Assembly: GCA_964443625.1 (NCBI GenBank)
Contig: CAYUDM010000008.1
Location: forward strand, 4,550-68,549
Direction: 5' to 3'
Source of the DNA: an uncultured Smithella sp.
GTDB taxonomy: Bacteria; Desulfobacterota; Syntrophia; Syntrophales; Smithellaceae
Length of the DNA: 64,000 bases
This document shows, one piece after another, positions 48,730 to 57,847 of the stretch. How positions within the stretch are numbered: the stretch's first letter is position 1; every line of letters starts with the position of its first letter. The notes beneath the pieces were generated by a model. It did no database searches. It saw only the letters and a program-made list of their open reading frames with translations, and was not told the origin of the DNA. Position numbers and translations under genes: made by a program.

Positions 48730-49136
48730 TTTTTCACCTCTTCCGGAACAAGATGACAGCTATAGCAGGTGGGTTTGGCGCCCACGTAATCATGACAGCG
48801 GTCGCAGAATTGTTCCTTGTTGCTGTGGCAGCGAAGGCAGGAATGGGTCAGGCTTTTTTCGAACTTGCGGCCGTCTTTCGCGGTGTACTGGCGTTTGCCT
48901 TCTCGAACGGCCTCATCGCGCCAGCCCTTGAGCATCTTCATATGATCCGTGCGCATCACGGCCGTATCTTCGACGCATTTTTTGTCCTGCATTGACTGAA
49001 TAACGGGCGTATCCAGACTGAGCACAGGCGCCGGCGCTGATTGAATCGCGCCGTACCAGAAGGGAAAAGTAGCCCCGAGAAGGAAGATTCCCAAACCCAG
49101 AAGAATTAAACCCCATTTATATTGTTTCATCTTCAC
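48726..49136 (-). CDS. dsrJ: DsrJ triheme cytochrome c
   Basis: N-terminal TM, CVE...MRTDHM, CLRCH, CDRCH, CYSCH. Confidence 0.95.
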   Translation of the reverse strand: MKMKQYKWGLILLGLGIFLLGATFPFWYGAIQSAPAPVLSLDTPVIQSMQDKKCVEDTAVMRTDHMKMLKGWRDEAVREGKRQYTAKDGRKFEKSLTHSCLRCHSNKEQFCDRCHDYVGAKPTCYSCHLVPEEVKK

Positions 49137-49160
49137 ACGTTCCGTAATATGTTTACGTTC

Positions 49161-49291
49161 AGCTATGAGCTATGAGCTGCGAGCTGCACCCCATTCACCC
49201 TCCCCCTGCCCCTCCCATCAAGGGAGGGGAGGTGATTCAATTATTCGTGCTATTCCCTCTCCCCACGTGGGAGAGGGTCAGGATGAGGGGG
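49161..49291. repeat. heptamer array plus an inverted pair of CCCTC(T)CCC-N5-GGGAG(A)GGG REP-like hairpins
   Basis: agctatg x2, agctgcg, agctgca (49161-49188); unit A 49189-49230; unit B 49253-49291 in the opposite orientation. Confidence 0.8.
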
Positions 49292-50888
49292 CTGATATCT
49301 CCTCGCCTCTCAAATCCGTCGTCCTTTCCTTCTCGCCTCTCATCACCAGGGCATTGCCGACCAGTTCATGAACGCCCATGACCGAGACGCCCGGCACCCA
49401 GTAGTCCATGAGCGTCGAAAGCGTCGCCCGATCGATGGCGCAGATGCAGCCCAGCCGGTTGACGCTGTGCTTTTTCACGACGTCACGCACGGCCATGGCT
49501 CTGGGCATCCCGCCACGCATCCGCATTTCCAGATTCTCATCGTTGCCCAATCCCGCGCCCGCGCCGCAGCAGAAGGTTTTTTCGCGGATCGTGTCTTCCG
49601 CCATTTCATAAAAATTCCGGCAAGTGTTTTCAATGATGTATCGCGGCTCTTCAAGCAGGCCCATGGCTCGCGCCGGGTTGCATGAATCATGAAACGTCAG
49701 TCTGACATGATTGTTACGCCGCGGGTCGAGTTTTAATTTGCCGTTCCGGATCAGGTCGGCTGTGAACTCGACGATATGCACCATTTTGGTGGAGCGCGCA
49801 TTTTCAAACCGCGTGCCGGTAATCGGCGAAAGCGGTTCGGAAAGGAAATCCGCCGGCCCGTTCATCGTATCCATGTATTGATGGATCACCCGCCACATGT
49901 GCCCGCATTCGCCGCCCAGAATCCATTTGACGCCCAGGCGTTTGGCTTCGGCGTAAATCTTGGCGTTGAGCCTTTTGATCATCTCATGCGAGGTAAAAAG
50001 GCCGAAGTTGCCGCCTTCCGAGGCATACGTGCTGAAGGTATAATTGAGGCCGATTTCATGGAAGAGCATCAGGTAGCCCATGCAGGTGTATGTGCCGGGA
50101 TCGGCGAAATAATCGGCCGACGGCGTGACAAACAAGATATCCGCGCCTTTTTTGTTGATCGGAACGTCCACGCGAACACCGGTGCTCTCTTCGATGTCGT
50201 CGGCCAGAAATTCCAGCATGTCCTTCATGCCGCCGGGCTGAATGCCCAGATGGTTGCCGGTCCGGAAACAGTTGGCTGCGGGTTCGAGTACCCAGTTGAT
50301 GTTACATCCCACCAGATTTAAAAGCTCGCGGCCGATCATGGTAATTTCCGCCTGGTCGATGCCGTAGGGGCAGAAAACAGAGCAGCGGCGGCATTCCGTG
50401 CACTGATAAAAATAGTAAAACCATTCCTTGAGAACATCCTCGGTCAGATCGCGCGCGCCGGCTAATGTTCCGAAGCATCGTCCCGCCGTCGTGAAATAGC
50501 GACGGTACACCGAGCGGATCAGCTCGGCGCGCAAGACCGGCATGTTTTTGGGATCGCCGGAACCGATATAGAAGTGACATTTGTCCGCGCAGGCGCCGCA
50601 ACGCACGCAGATATCCATAAACAGGCGGAAGGAGCGGTATTTTTCCAATCGTTCTTTCATGCCGTCCAGAATGATCTGTTTCCAGTTTTCCGGCAGCTTC
50701 CAGTCGGGATCGGTCGGCTGCCAGGCCCGCGGGTTGGGCATCTCCAGAGTCGTCACATTCTTTGCGGCGGCTGGGTAACTCCAGGTACCCGGACGGAAAT
50801 CAACGGGGGTTTTCATCCAGTCCGTTCCGGGAGGTGTATATTTGATATTGAGGAGTTCATCCGGTTTGGGAATCTTGGCAAAAGACAT
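49278..50888 (-). CDS. dsrK: DsrK (HdrD-like catalytic subunit)
   Basis: CVRCGACADKCH, CTECRRCSVFCPYGID, GGECGH, FHDSCN, CCGAGAG, CAIDRATL. Confidence 0.96.
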   Translation of the reverse strand: MSFAKIPKPDELLNIKYTPPGTDWMKTPVDFRPGTWSYPAAAKNVTTLEMPNPRAWQPTDPDWKLPENWKQIILDGMKERLEKYRSFRLFMDICVRCGACADKCHFYIGSGDPKNMPVLRAELIRSVYRRYFTTAGRCFGTLAGARDLTEDVLKEWFYYFYQCTECRRCSVFCPYGIDQAEITMIGRELLNLVGCNINWVLEPAANCFRTGNHLGIQPGGMKDMLEFLADDIEESTGVRVDVPINKKGADILFVTPSADYFADPGTYTCMGYLMLFHEIGLNYTFSTYASEGGNFGLFTSHEMIKRLNAKIYAEAKRLGVKWILGGECGHMWRVIHQYMDTMNGPADFLSEPLSPITGTRFENARSTKMVHIVEFTADLIRNGKLKLDPRRNNHVRLTFHDSCNPARAMGLLEEPRYIIENTCRNFYEMAEDTIREKTFCCGAGAGLGNDENLEMRMRGGMPRAMAVRDVVKKHSVNRLGCICAIDRATLSTLMDYWVPGVSVMGVHELVGNALVMRGEKERTTDLRGEEISAPSS

Positions 50889-50890
50889 GG

Positions 50891-51892
50891 CTACTCCTTC
50901 TCCACCGGCAGACCGGCCGCTTTCATTTTATCGCGGAATTCGTCTTCATATTCTTCATAGGTATGCACCTTCACGGGGCCGTTCCATGGATTGATGTGTC
51001 TTTGGCTGCGGTTGTTATTGATCATGTTGCGCGTGGGGCTCAAAAAGATGCCGCCCCAATGCATCAGTTTGCTCCACGGCAGCCAGACCATCAGCGTGAA
51101 GATCAAACATAAGTGCATATACAGGAAAGCGCCCGCTTCTTCGGGAACAACCGGCGTCAACGTCACCCAGCCGATCACCAGGGTTTTTACGGCATGCAGA
51201 TCGACGGCAAAGAAGTGCCTCATCATAAGTCCCGTTCCGGCAATTCCCGCAATCAAAAACAGGGCGAAATAATCGGTAAATAAAGAAATGTAACGCACCT
51301 GCGGCCCAACGACTCTTCGCAGGAGCAGAAAGGTCAATCCCGCCAGAAGCGCCGCGTCGCTTAAGTAAAGCGCCGGAGTGCCGATTTCCAGAAAACCGTC
51401 CAGCGAGGAAAGTCCGTTGATAAAAGGCGCGATGGGTTCCGTGAAAAAGCGCAGATGCCGAAGTGCTACGATAAGGAGCGATCCGTGAAACATCAGGCCG
51501 AAAAACCACAGCCATTTGGCGCTGCCGAACACCTGGCGACCATCGATCATCTGCACATCGGAATTACGAAAAAGCGACCGGAACAGGAAAATCTCGCCGG
51601 CCATTCTTCCGATAACACTCACCTTGCAGCAGGGATTTTCGAGCGGATTGTTTTGAATCCAGGGCAGGCTTTTTTGCTGGCCGCAGGTGGTCGGAATGCG
51701 GAAAGGAACCGGGGCCTTTGCCCATTTTACAACCCGGTACACAAAGCCGAACAGGAAAAGAACAAATACGGCATACGGGACAATCATCGCCAGAAGATAG
51801 CTTCCCGCAGGATTAGCCGAGATGGCCGCGGCCAGAAGGGCAATACCGAAAACCAGAATGAGGGGCAACAGTACCTTCATAAAGAATCTCAC
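50891..51892 (-). CDS. dsrM: DsrM (NarI-like diheme b membrane subunit)
   Basis: PVPFRIPTTCGQQKSLPWI, E.FLFRSLFRN, FHGSL...LRHLR, PWSKLMH...FLSPTRN. Confidence 0.96.
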   Translation of the reverse strand: MRFFMKVLLPLILVFGIALLAAAISANPAGSYLLAMIVPYAVFVLFLFGFVYRVVKWAKAPVPFRIPTTCGQQKSLPWIQNNPLENPCCKVSVIGRMAGEIFLFRSLFRNSDVQMIDGRQVFGSAKWLWFFGLMFHGSLLIVALRHLRFFTEPIAPFINGLSSLDGFLEIGTPALYLSDAALLAGLTFLLLRRVVGPQVRYISLFTDYFALFLIAGIAGTGLMMRHFFAVDLHAVKTLVIGWVTLTPVVPEEAGAFLYMHLCLIFTLMVWLPWSKLMHWGGIFLSPTRNMINNNRSQRHINPWNGPVKVHTYEEYEDEFRDKMKAAGLPVEKE

Positions 51893-53514
51893 TTATCCGA
51901 TAGGTCTTCCCACGACGGTTCTTCACCGAAGCGGATCATCGGTTTTTGCATGCCTTCGAGAGCATTGACGATCAACTCGACCAGTCCGCCGTAATGCAGG
52001 TTGCTTCGTGCTTCTGCGTCGTAATAGTGAATCAGATCACGGATCGCTCCCTTGCAGTTCGAGCAGGGGGCGCAGACGTATTTGGGCGTATCTTGCGGTT
52101 CGTTCTCAAAAGCTTTTAGAATCTGCAGAAACTTTTTGCGCGAGCTGACCAGGTTTCGCCAGTCGGTGAAATTATATCCCGACATGATGGCAAAGCCCGA
52201 TCCGCCGCCGCAGCAATAGTTATGAACGCCGTGCGGCGTCATTTCCCGGAAGCGCGGCGCGATTTTTCTTAAAATTCTTCTTTGCGGTTCGACAATGCCC
52301 ATTGAGCGCACGACATTGCAGGGATCATGCAGCGTGACGGGGAAATTGTTCTTCCGTGGATCGAATTTCAATCGGCCGCTCAGAACGATATTTTCCAGTG
52401 TGACCAGCGCCGACTCCCGCGGAATGTTCAGATCGCCCGTCAACAGCCGGTCGGCAATGACCGTCAGCGCCTTATGCGCGTGCCCGCACTCGCCGATCAC
52501 GATTTTTTTCACTTTGAGCCTGCGGGCAATGTCCGCATGTTTGACGGCAACGCGCGAGAATTGCACATCGTCGTACCACAGGCCGTAATTGACGGCATCA
52601 TAACCCACCGCTTCAGAAGACAAGGTCCACGAAAGGCCGGCCGCCTGGAAGAGAATCGCAAAAGCGCCTACGCTTTCCGGCCAGGCCAGCATTTCACCGG
52701 CATTGTGCAAAAGCAGAATATCCGCCCCTTCGACGTCCCAGGGAATCTCGACCGGATAGCCGGTAATTTCTTCCATCTCTTCCCTGATAAACTCAATGCT
52801 GTCTTTTGCCGCCGGAGGAGTCATCCCTGTTGAAGAACCGGACTTCAGATGCAAAACGGTACCCTTCTCATGGAGTTCTTTCGGAGCGATGCCCATTTCC
52901 TGCGAAAACAGTTTGCGGATTTCATGGTTGATCAGTCCGTTATCCACCCCGATGGGGCAGACCGAAGCGCAACGACGGCAAAGGGAGCAGCGGTAAGACA
53001 ACTCCGCCAAGCGCGCGATGGTTGTCCAGTTCAAATCGATATCGTAGCCCAGCCGGGCTGTAATTTTTCCGCCCGGTTTGAGATATTTTTTATAAATGCG
53101 GCGCAGGACTTCCGAACGAAAGACCGGCCGGTAAATCTCCTGACGTCCACTCATCTCAAAGACAGGACAAGCATCCGAACAGGTCTGGCATCGGGCGCAA
53201 TGCTCCATGGACAAAAGCAGAGGCTGCAAAAACGTCCAGTTGTTCTCTTTTTCGAAAAGCTTCTTCAGGCCGGAAAGGAAACGCAACACCAGTGCTTCCT
53301 CTTCCTCACGGCTGGCGGGCTTCGGAATGCCGATGGCGACGGTGTCATCAAGCGATGCTTCGATATTTTTTATTTTCTCGGCTTTGAGCGGCGCAGGCCC
53401 CCTGCCATTGAAATCTTCATACGGCGGAGGCAGAGGTGCAAGGTCTCCAGGCTCGATGCGGCTCAAGCGATCGGTCGCAGCGGCAATGTCGGACGGTTTC
53501 AGGAGGGGTTTCAT
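51889..53514 (-). CDS. second DsrK-like Fe-S/CCG protein (DsrK2)
   Basis: CARCQTCSDACP, CSLCRRCASVCP, GECGH, HDPCN, CCGGGSG, CAPCSNC. Confidence 0.85.
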   Translation of the reverse strand: MKPLLKPSDIAAATDRLSRIEPGDLAPLPPPYEDFNGRGPAPLKAEKIKNIEASLDDTVAIGIPKPASREEEEALVLRFLSGLKKLFEKENNWTFLQPLLLSMEHCARCQTCSDACPVFEMSGRQEIYRPVFRSEVLRRIYKKYLKPGGKITARLGYDIDLNWTTIARLAELSYRCSLCRRCASVCPIGVDNGLINHEIRKLFSQEMGIAPKELHEKGTVLHLKSGSSTGMTPPAAKDSIEFIREEMEEITGYPVEIPWDVEGADILLLHNAGEMLAWPESVGAFAILFQAAGLSWTLSSEAVGYDAVNYGLWYDDVQFSRVAVKHADIARRLKVKKIVIGECGHAHKALTVIADRLLTGDLNIPRESALVTLENIVLSGRLKFDPRKNNFPVTLHDPCNVVRSMGIVEPQRRILRKIAPRFREMTPHGVHNYCCGGGSGFAIMSGYNFTDWRNLVSSRKKFLQILKAFENEPQDTPKYVCAPCSNCKGAIRDLIHYYDAEARSNLHYGGLVELIVNALEGMQKPMIRFGEEPSWEDLSDK

Positions 53515-54467
53515 TTGACCTCCCTGGGCGTTGACGATGCAATGTCCTTCCAGGATTTACGCCCGTCCGCTTCGATGTGTTTGGCCTGCCACGTCGGACG
53601 ATAATTCAAATTCGTCAGCACAGCCGCCTCAATGTCATTGCCGCGCCGACTGGGCCTGTCGTCCCACTTGACCTGATGGTAAAGAAAATATTTCATAAAC
53701 ATGTGTGACATGTGGGTCAGCGGAATATAGGCGGCCAGCAGCGATCCGAGAAGAATCGTCAGCACACCGTAAAGCGTTTGCCCCGGCTGGTAACCGGACG
53801 CAAAGCTTCCCGCTGTCAAAAGGCCTGTGACGTAGGACGAGGCCGCATCAAAGGAAGGATCGGCCAGGGCCGCGGTTAGCAGTCCGCAGACAAAAAATGC
53901 CAGAAACAAGACGAGGTTGATATAATCCGCAGGCGTGGCATAGAGCTTCATCTCCCGGTCGACCAGGCGCGTAAACAGCAGGCCGAGCGAGCCGAAAAAG
54001 CCCGCGGCAAGTCCGATCCAGCCGCAGATGAAAGCAAGTCCGCCAAGCGCTGTTTTCAGAACGCTGCCTTCGGCAAAGATCGAAGGACCCCATACGGTCA
54101 AGCCGGCCGAAATCAGAAACAGGGCAAAGGTTGCCAGCACCAGATACAGCCCCAGGTGAAACGGAAAAGAAACCCACCAGAGTTTTTTGTTTTCTTTCCA
54201 AAGGCCTCTCAAAAGCAAGATTTCCGGCGCCATATATTTGAACTCATTTGCCCGGGATGTTTCATGAGAAGACTTCCACCAGTCCGGCTCTTCCAGGTAG
54301 GAGCCCCCGTAGGCCGCCTTGGCGGCCGTCTCATGCTGAACCGGATAAACCTCCCAACGAACATGCACAGGAAGCTTTAACTGTCTTACGACACGCCAGG
54401 CAACAGCCGCCGCAAAGACGATCAGGCAAACGTAGGTAAAAATATAAAATCCCATAAACAACACCAC
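53511..54467 (-). CDS. second DsrM-like NarI-family membrane protein (DsrM2)
   Basis: PVHVRWEVYPVQHE...GGSYLEE..WW, FPFHLG, YIPLTHMSHMF. Confidence 0.85.
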   Translation of the reverse strand: MVLFMGFYIFTYVCLIVFAAAVAWRVVRQLKLPVHVRWEVYPVQHETAAKAAYGGSYLEEPDWWKSSHETSRANEFKYMAPEILLLRGLWKENKKLWWVSFPFHLGLYLVLATFALFLISAGLTVWGPSIFAEGSVLKTALGGLAFICGWIGLAAGFFGSLGLLFTRLVDREMKLYATPADYINLVLFLAFFVCGLLTAALADPSFDAASSYVTGLLTAGSFASGYQPGQTLYGVLTILLGSLLAAYIPLTHMSHMFMKYFLYHQVKWDDRPSRRGNDIEAAVLTNLNYRPTWQAKHIEADGRKSWKDIASSTPREVK

Positions 54468-54586
54468 TACTTATTTCCATGGTGACGCCGCCGACAAAAC
54501 GACAGCGATAAATTGATACCCTAGCTAGAGCATCCGAGGCCACAAGACCGCTTAATCCCTGCCAGAAGCTGCTTCCACCACCTTCT

Positions 54587-54710
54587 ATTTCTTTTCCAAA
54601 TCAAGATGATACCGCGGCGGCAAGGAGGAGGCGCCGAAGGCGTATTATTAATACGTCGAGGACGCCGACGACGCTGCCAACAAAGGTAGCGCTTGATTTC
54701 GGAAAGAAAT
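54587..54710. repeat. 124-bp palindromic MITE/REP-like element
   Basis: 19-bp terminal inverted repeats (17/19 match: atttcttttccaaatcaag and cttgatttcggaaagaaat) with a nested internal stem ggcgtatta-t-taatacgtc. Confidence 0.7.
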
Positions 54711-55030
54711 CACACGCAGCCGGTCGGCTTGGATAATCCCGCCAGTTTGCAGGCCCCTTTGGCCGGACCGGTTGGAAAAAGCTCATAGAGTTTTTTCATA
54801 TCGATTTTCAAATCTTTGCAAATCTTTCGGATCATGGGCGCAATGCCGAACTGCTGGAAGTAATCCCGCAGATAGTTGATCACGCGCCAGTGCTCTTCCG
54901 TCAGGTCCCCCTCGATGTCTTCAGCGGACGCGTAAGCATTGGCAAATTCTTCGTTCCATTGGTCGAGATCCTGCAGGAACCCGTCTTCATCCACTTCATA
55001 CGTTTTACCGGCTAATTCGATTTGCGGCAT
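54710..55030 (-). CDS. dsrC: DsrC sulfur carrier
   Basis: VDEDGFL, LTEEHW, ELFPTGPAKGACKLAGLSKPTGCV with both C-terminal Cys (Cx10C). Confidence 0.97.
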   Translation of the reverse strand: MPQIELAGKTYEVDEDGFLQDLDQWNEEFANAYASAEDIEGDLTEEHWRVINYLRDYFQQFGIAPMIRKICKDLKIDMKKLYELFPTGPAKGACKLAGLSKPTGCV

Positions 55031-55064
55031 ACCTTATAACCTCCTGATTGATTCAATTTCCTTT

Positions 55065-56528
55065 TCATAATGATCTCCTGCTCTTGCCTGAAGTGCTCAC
55101 CGGAAGATCCCGGTTTGACAAAGCAGACTGATTTGTTTTCGATCGGCGGTAGGCATCAGCGGCGCTTACGAGCGCCCCGGCCCACTCGGGGGTTCCCAGG
55201 GCGTGCAGATGCGTAAAGCCCGCCAGAATATTATTTTTGCTCATGCCGTCGCGGCCGTTACCGATGCCTGTTCCGCGCAGAACATAGTAAGCGGTTTGAA
55301 TATCTTCATCGCCCGATGAAAAAATTCGGCAGTAATGAAACTCATGGCCGGTTAACGTCTGGCCGATGGGGAAGAAAGGGTTCTCCCGATCCACAACCAC
55401 GGTGGTGTAGCCGTGACCCTGAGGCTTATTTTCCAGGCGGAATGTTACGGGCAAGGCGCCGGCCATTGGATAGCGTTTGTCGCCGATCACCAGGGTTTCG
55501 CCCAGATAGATAAATCCTCCGCATTCGGCGTAAATCGGCAACCCGGCTTCCGCTGCGTCTTTGAGGGAACGACGAAAGGCTTCGTTTGCGGCCAGCTTCT
55601 CCGCCTGCGTTTCAGGAAATCCCCCGCCGATGTACAAGGCATCGACCGGCGGCAGGGCTTTTTCGGAAAGCGCGCTGATTTCGACGATCTTCGCCCCGCG
55701 GTCGGACAGGGCGAGAATATTGTCCGAATAATAAAATTGAAACGCCGCGTCTTTGAGGACACCGATTCGAACAGGTTCCGAAACCGTACGGCGCGAGCGG
55801 GGCGAATCGGGAAACGCGTCGATCGTCCAGGCCGGCGCGCCTTTGGCGACCTCAAGCAATCCGGCAACGTCCAGATAATCCTGGGCAATGGACTGCGCTT
55901 TTAGAAGCGCCTGCTCCATGCCGTCGTGTTCCTCGGGGGGAATCAGGCCCAGATGGCGCTGCATAAAAGGCAGGTCCGGCAGACGCGGCACAACCCCGAA
56001 AACAGGAAGGCCTGTTGATTCTTCGATGGCCCGGCGGATCACGGACGCATGGCGATTGCCGCTCACCCGGCTTAAGATCACGCCTTGAACGTTGACCGCG
56101 GAATCGAGATGAAGGCAACCCAGCACCATGGCCGCCGCCGTCCGCGTGACCTTGTCGCAGTCGACCACCAGGATCACAGGGGCAGCTAGCAGCTTGGCCA
56201 GTTCGGCCGTGCTGAAATCTCCCGTGGCGTTCACGCCGTCAAATAGACCGCGATTGCCTTCAATGAGCGAAATATCCGCGTGCGCACAGTGGCGCGCAAA
56301 AGACCGGGCCACCTGATCGGCGCCCATGAGGTATGTGTCCAGGTTGGAACAGGGACCGGATGCCGCCCGGGACAACCAGGCGGCGTCAATATAATCCGGT
56401 CCCTTTTTGAAAGGGGCGATTGTCAGACCCAGACGGCGCCAGGCAGCAATCAAGGCCACCGAGAGGGTTGTCTTTCCCGCTCCGCCTCGCAGGGCGGCCA
56501 TCACTAAACGCGGACATGATCGATTCAT
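55065..56528 (-). CDS. dsrN: DsrN siroheme amidase (cobyrinate a,c-diamide synthase family)
   Basis: GGAGKT, FKKGPDYID, IEGNRGLFDG, ERHLGL-like QRHLGL, AECGG, GHEFHY; position directly after dsrD. Confidence 0.92.
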   Translation of the reverse strand: MNRSCPRLVMAALRGGAGKTTLSVALIAAWRRLGLTIAPFKKGPDYIDAAWLSRAASGPCSNLDTYLMGADQVARSFARHCAHADISLIEGNRGLFDGVNATGDFSTAELAKLLAAPVILVVDCDKVTRTAAAMVLGCLHLDSAVNVQGVILSRVSGNRHASVIRRAIEESTGLPVFGVVPRLPDLPFMQRHLGLIPPEEHDGMEQALLKAQSIAQDYLDVAGLLEVAKGAPAWTIDAFPDSPRSRRTVSEPVRIGVLKDAAFQFYYSDNILALSDRGAKIVEISALSEKALPPVDALYIGGGFPETQAEKLAANEAFRRSLKDAAEAGLPIYAECGGFIYLGETLVIGDKRYPMAGALPVTFRLENKPQGHGYTTVVVDRENPFFPIGQTLTGHEFHYCRIFSSGDEDIQTAYYVLRGTGIGNGRDGMSKNNILAGFTHLHALGTPEWAGALVSAADAYRRSKTNQSALSNRDLPVSTSGKSRRSL

Positions 56529-56555
56529 ATCTTTCTACCTGATATCGTGCGACTC

Positions 56556-56780
56556 TTACTCTTTCGGAAAATACTCGGCCAGGATCAGATAGGTCGAACT
56601 TCCGCTGGACCAGTATTTCAGAACTTCTTCATCGAGAAGTTCTTTCACAACATTCTGAATGGCATGGCGATCCTCACCCGGAAGCCACTTCGTGACGTCC
56701 CGGATGTAGAACATTTTCTTGTCGCCCTTTGATTTTTCCCGAAACAACTCTGTGATTTTCGCTTTCAGATCGTCGCTCAT
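56556..56780 (-). CDS. dsrD: DsrD
   Basis: 74 aa, MFYIRD...YWSSGSSTY; 4 nt downstream of dsrB. Confidence 0.92.
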   Translation of the reverse strand: MSDDLKAKITELFREKSKGDKKMFYIRDVTKWLPGEDRHAIQNVVKELLDEEVLKYWSSGSSTYLILAEYFPKE

Positions 56781-56784
56781 TTTT

Positions 56785-57846
56785 TTACCTCCACTTAAAC
56801 TGCGCGGATGTCCGGAAAGTTTCCGTGGCCAGATCAAAGTCATCGATATGCTGGTCGGTAAAGGGAATTCCCGTCAGGGAGAAGAAGCGTTCCCAGCCGA
56901 CGCGCTCGATCCATTCGCCCACGCGTTCATGCTTTTTTGCGTGGCTTGCGTACACTTCAATGATGTTCTTGACGGCGTCGACCACTTCCGGCCAGCGCGG
57001 CGGATTGTTGGGCAGAAACGGAATCGCCAGTTTGGAAAACATTGGCTTGCTGCGGGCGTTGGAAACTTTTCCGCCCACCCAGATGGAAATTCCGTCGTTG
57101 TCCGGATCGGCAATCGGCATCGCCGGACAAACGGTGTAGCAGTTGCCGCAGTACATGCATTTCTCGTCATTGACGGTCAGCGTTTTATTTTTCATATCGC
57201 CGCGGATGGCGCCCGTCGGACACGAGGCCACCGTTGAGGGGATTTCACAGACATTGGGCACGCGGGAGTTATCGGTCTTTGGCACTGTCCGGTGAATGCC
57301 CAGAATGGCGATGTCCGAGCAATGCACCGCGCCGCACATGTTCAGACAGCAGGCGAGCGCAATCCGGACATGCGCGGGAAGTTTGGCTTCCACGAAGTGT
57401 TCGTAAATTTCGTCCATCAAGGCTTTGACCGGGCCGGAGGCGTCGGTGGCGGGCGTGTGGCAGTGGACCCAGCCTTGCGTGTGGACGATGTTGGAAATGG
57501 AGTGCCCTGTGCCGCCCACGGGATAGCCGCGTTTTGTCAACTCGGCAATCAGCGGTTCGAGTTGTTCCTTGTCGTCCAGCAGAAATTCGATGTTGTGGCG
57601 GCTGGTGAATCGCAGAAAGCCTTCGCAGTATTTTTCCGCGATGTCGCAGATCTCGCGGATGTGATCCGTCGAAACCAGGCGTGGAGAGCCGGCGCGCACG
57701 CTGTAGAGCGCTTCTCCCGATTCGCCCACGTGCATCAGGACGCCGGGTTTTACAATCTCATGATACATCCATTTGCCGTAATTTCGCTCGATCACGGGCG
57801 GCAGCATGGTCTTATAGTTGGGGGGTCCGATATCCGTTTTTGCCAT
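56785..57846 (-). CDS. dsrB: dissimilatory sulfite reductase beta subunit
   Basis: [50 protein letters not shown]. Confidence 0.98.
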   Translation of the reverse strand: MAKTDIGPPNYKTMLPPVIERNYGKWMYHEIVKPGVLMHVGESGEALYSVRAGSPRLVSTDHIREICDIAEKYCEGFLRFTSRHNIEFLLDDKEQLEPLIAELTKRGYPVGGTGHSISNIVHTQGWVHCHTPATDASGPVKALMDEIYEHFVEAKLPAHVRIALACCLNMCGAVHCSDIAILGIHRTVPKTDNSRVPNVCEIPSTVASCPTGAIRGDMKNKTLTVNDEKCMYCGNCYTVCPAMPIADPDNDGISIWVGGKVSNARSKPMFSKLAIPFLPNNPPRWPEVVDAVKNIIEVYASHAKKHERVGEWIERVGWERFFSLTGIPFTDQHIDDFDLATETFRTSAQFKWR

Positions 57847-57847
57847 T

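Noticed and set aside
54468-54709. dsrT or another small dsr gene between dsrC and dsrM2
   Set aside because: No suitable ORF; the space is occupied by the palindromic element, and the short track ORFs overlap dsrC or dsrM2.
55065-56528. Cobalamin-pathway cobB/cbiA
   Set aside because: Its position in dsrABD-N-C, with no other cob/cbi genes in the window, favours dsrN.
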